Origin: Myxococcota bacterium
GTDB lineage: Bacteria; Myxococcota_A; SURF-8
Direction of reading: 5' to 3'
Assembly (NCBI GenBank): GCA_965140415.1
Contig: OZ223209.1
Location: 4,360,986 to 4,424,985, forward strand
DNA: 64,000 nt
The notes below the pieces were generated by a model. It made no database searches and had not been told where the DNA came from. It saw only the letters and a list, made by a program, of their open reading frames with translations. Each line of letters opens with the position of its first letter. Within the stretch, counting starts at the first letter, position 1. Made by a program: the position numbers and the translations under genes. Below, in pieces: positions 63,907-64,000 of this stretch.

Positions 63907-64000
63907 ATGAGCACGTACACTGCACTGACGGAAAAAGGCGAATCATTTGAATTTTCAGGTGTTTTACTTGATGAAGAATTCGAAGAGCATCAGGTGGAAA
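63907..64000 (+). CDS. 5' end of an unidentified ORF running off the window
   Basis: ATG 63907 is open to the window end (MSTYTALTEKGESFEFSGVLLDEEFEEHQVE...), with a weak GGGAG about 12 nt upstream. Confidence 0.25.
   Translation, partial: MSTYTALTEKGESFEFSGVLLDEEFEEHQVE

Overview
This 64-kb window looks like an uncultured diderm bacterium. A MYXO-CTERM-like sorting tail, many DGD-repeat cysteine-rich lipoproteins and a YHIQTEDSG-type domain suggest a Myxococcota-like lineage, but that placement is low confidence. All calls come from reading the sequence and ORF translations and from remembered family motifs; no searches were run. I support about 45 protein genes, no rRNA, tRNA or CRISPR, and two tandem IS4-family insertion sequences.

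Layout:
- 0.5-3.1 kb: a small extracytoplasmic redox module (CXXCH lipoprotein, beta-barrel, TAT-Rieske, DUF2231).
- 3.2-11.5 kb: an unlisted DUF5989 micro-ORF, a Mut7-C nuclease-like gene and several secreted or lipoprotein genes rich in DGD repeats and Cys modules.
- 12.4-31.9 kb, minus strand: a tightly coupled eight-gene operon built around divergent, greatly enlarged homologues of the poly-gamma-glutamate synthase subunits PgsB/CapB and PgsC/CapC. It also encodes a 1,591-aa protein with a beta-barrel-like C-terminus, an 867-aa anchored protein, a HEAT-like protein, a CHASE2 sensor with no output domain, an S53 sedolisin and an FGE-like lipoprotein. This is my top candidate for an undescribed envelope-spanning polymer synthesis and export system.
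- 32-43 kb: housekeeping and hypothetical genes (OMP, HEAT lipoprotein, PHP phosphoesterase, PlsC, flavodoxin-like, ACT).
- 43.4-49.7 kb: a conventional TetR-OMF-MFP-RND efflux operon.
- 49.9-52.6 kb: the IS4 pair.
- 52.8-56.9 kb, minus strand: an operon DUF4956-HlyD-TolC-VTC whose only candidate inner-membrane component is the VTC/DUF4956 (polyphosphate-polymerase-like) pair. This is the second candidate novel system.
- 57.6-64 kb: an OmpR/histidine-kinase pair, an orphan HydE/BioB-like radical SAM gene, a lipoprotein and an alpha/beta hydrolase.

Intergenic regions carry a dispersed family of GTCGGG...CCCGAC hairpins, an 88-bp tandem repeat and a 172-nt rod-like inverted repeat.
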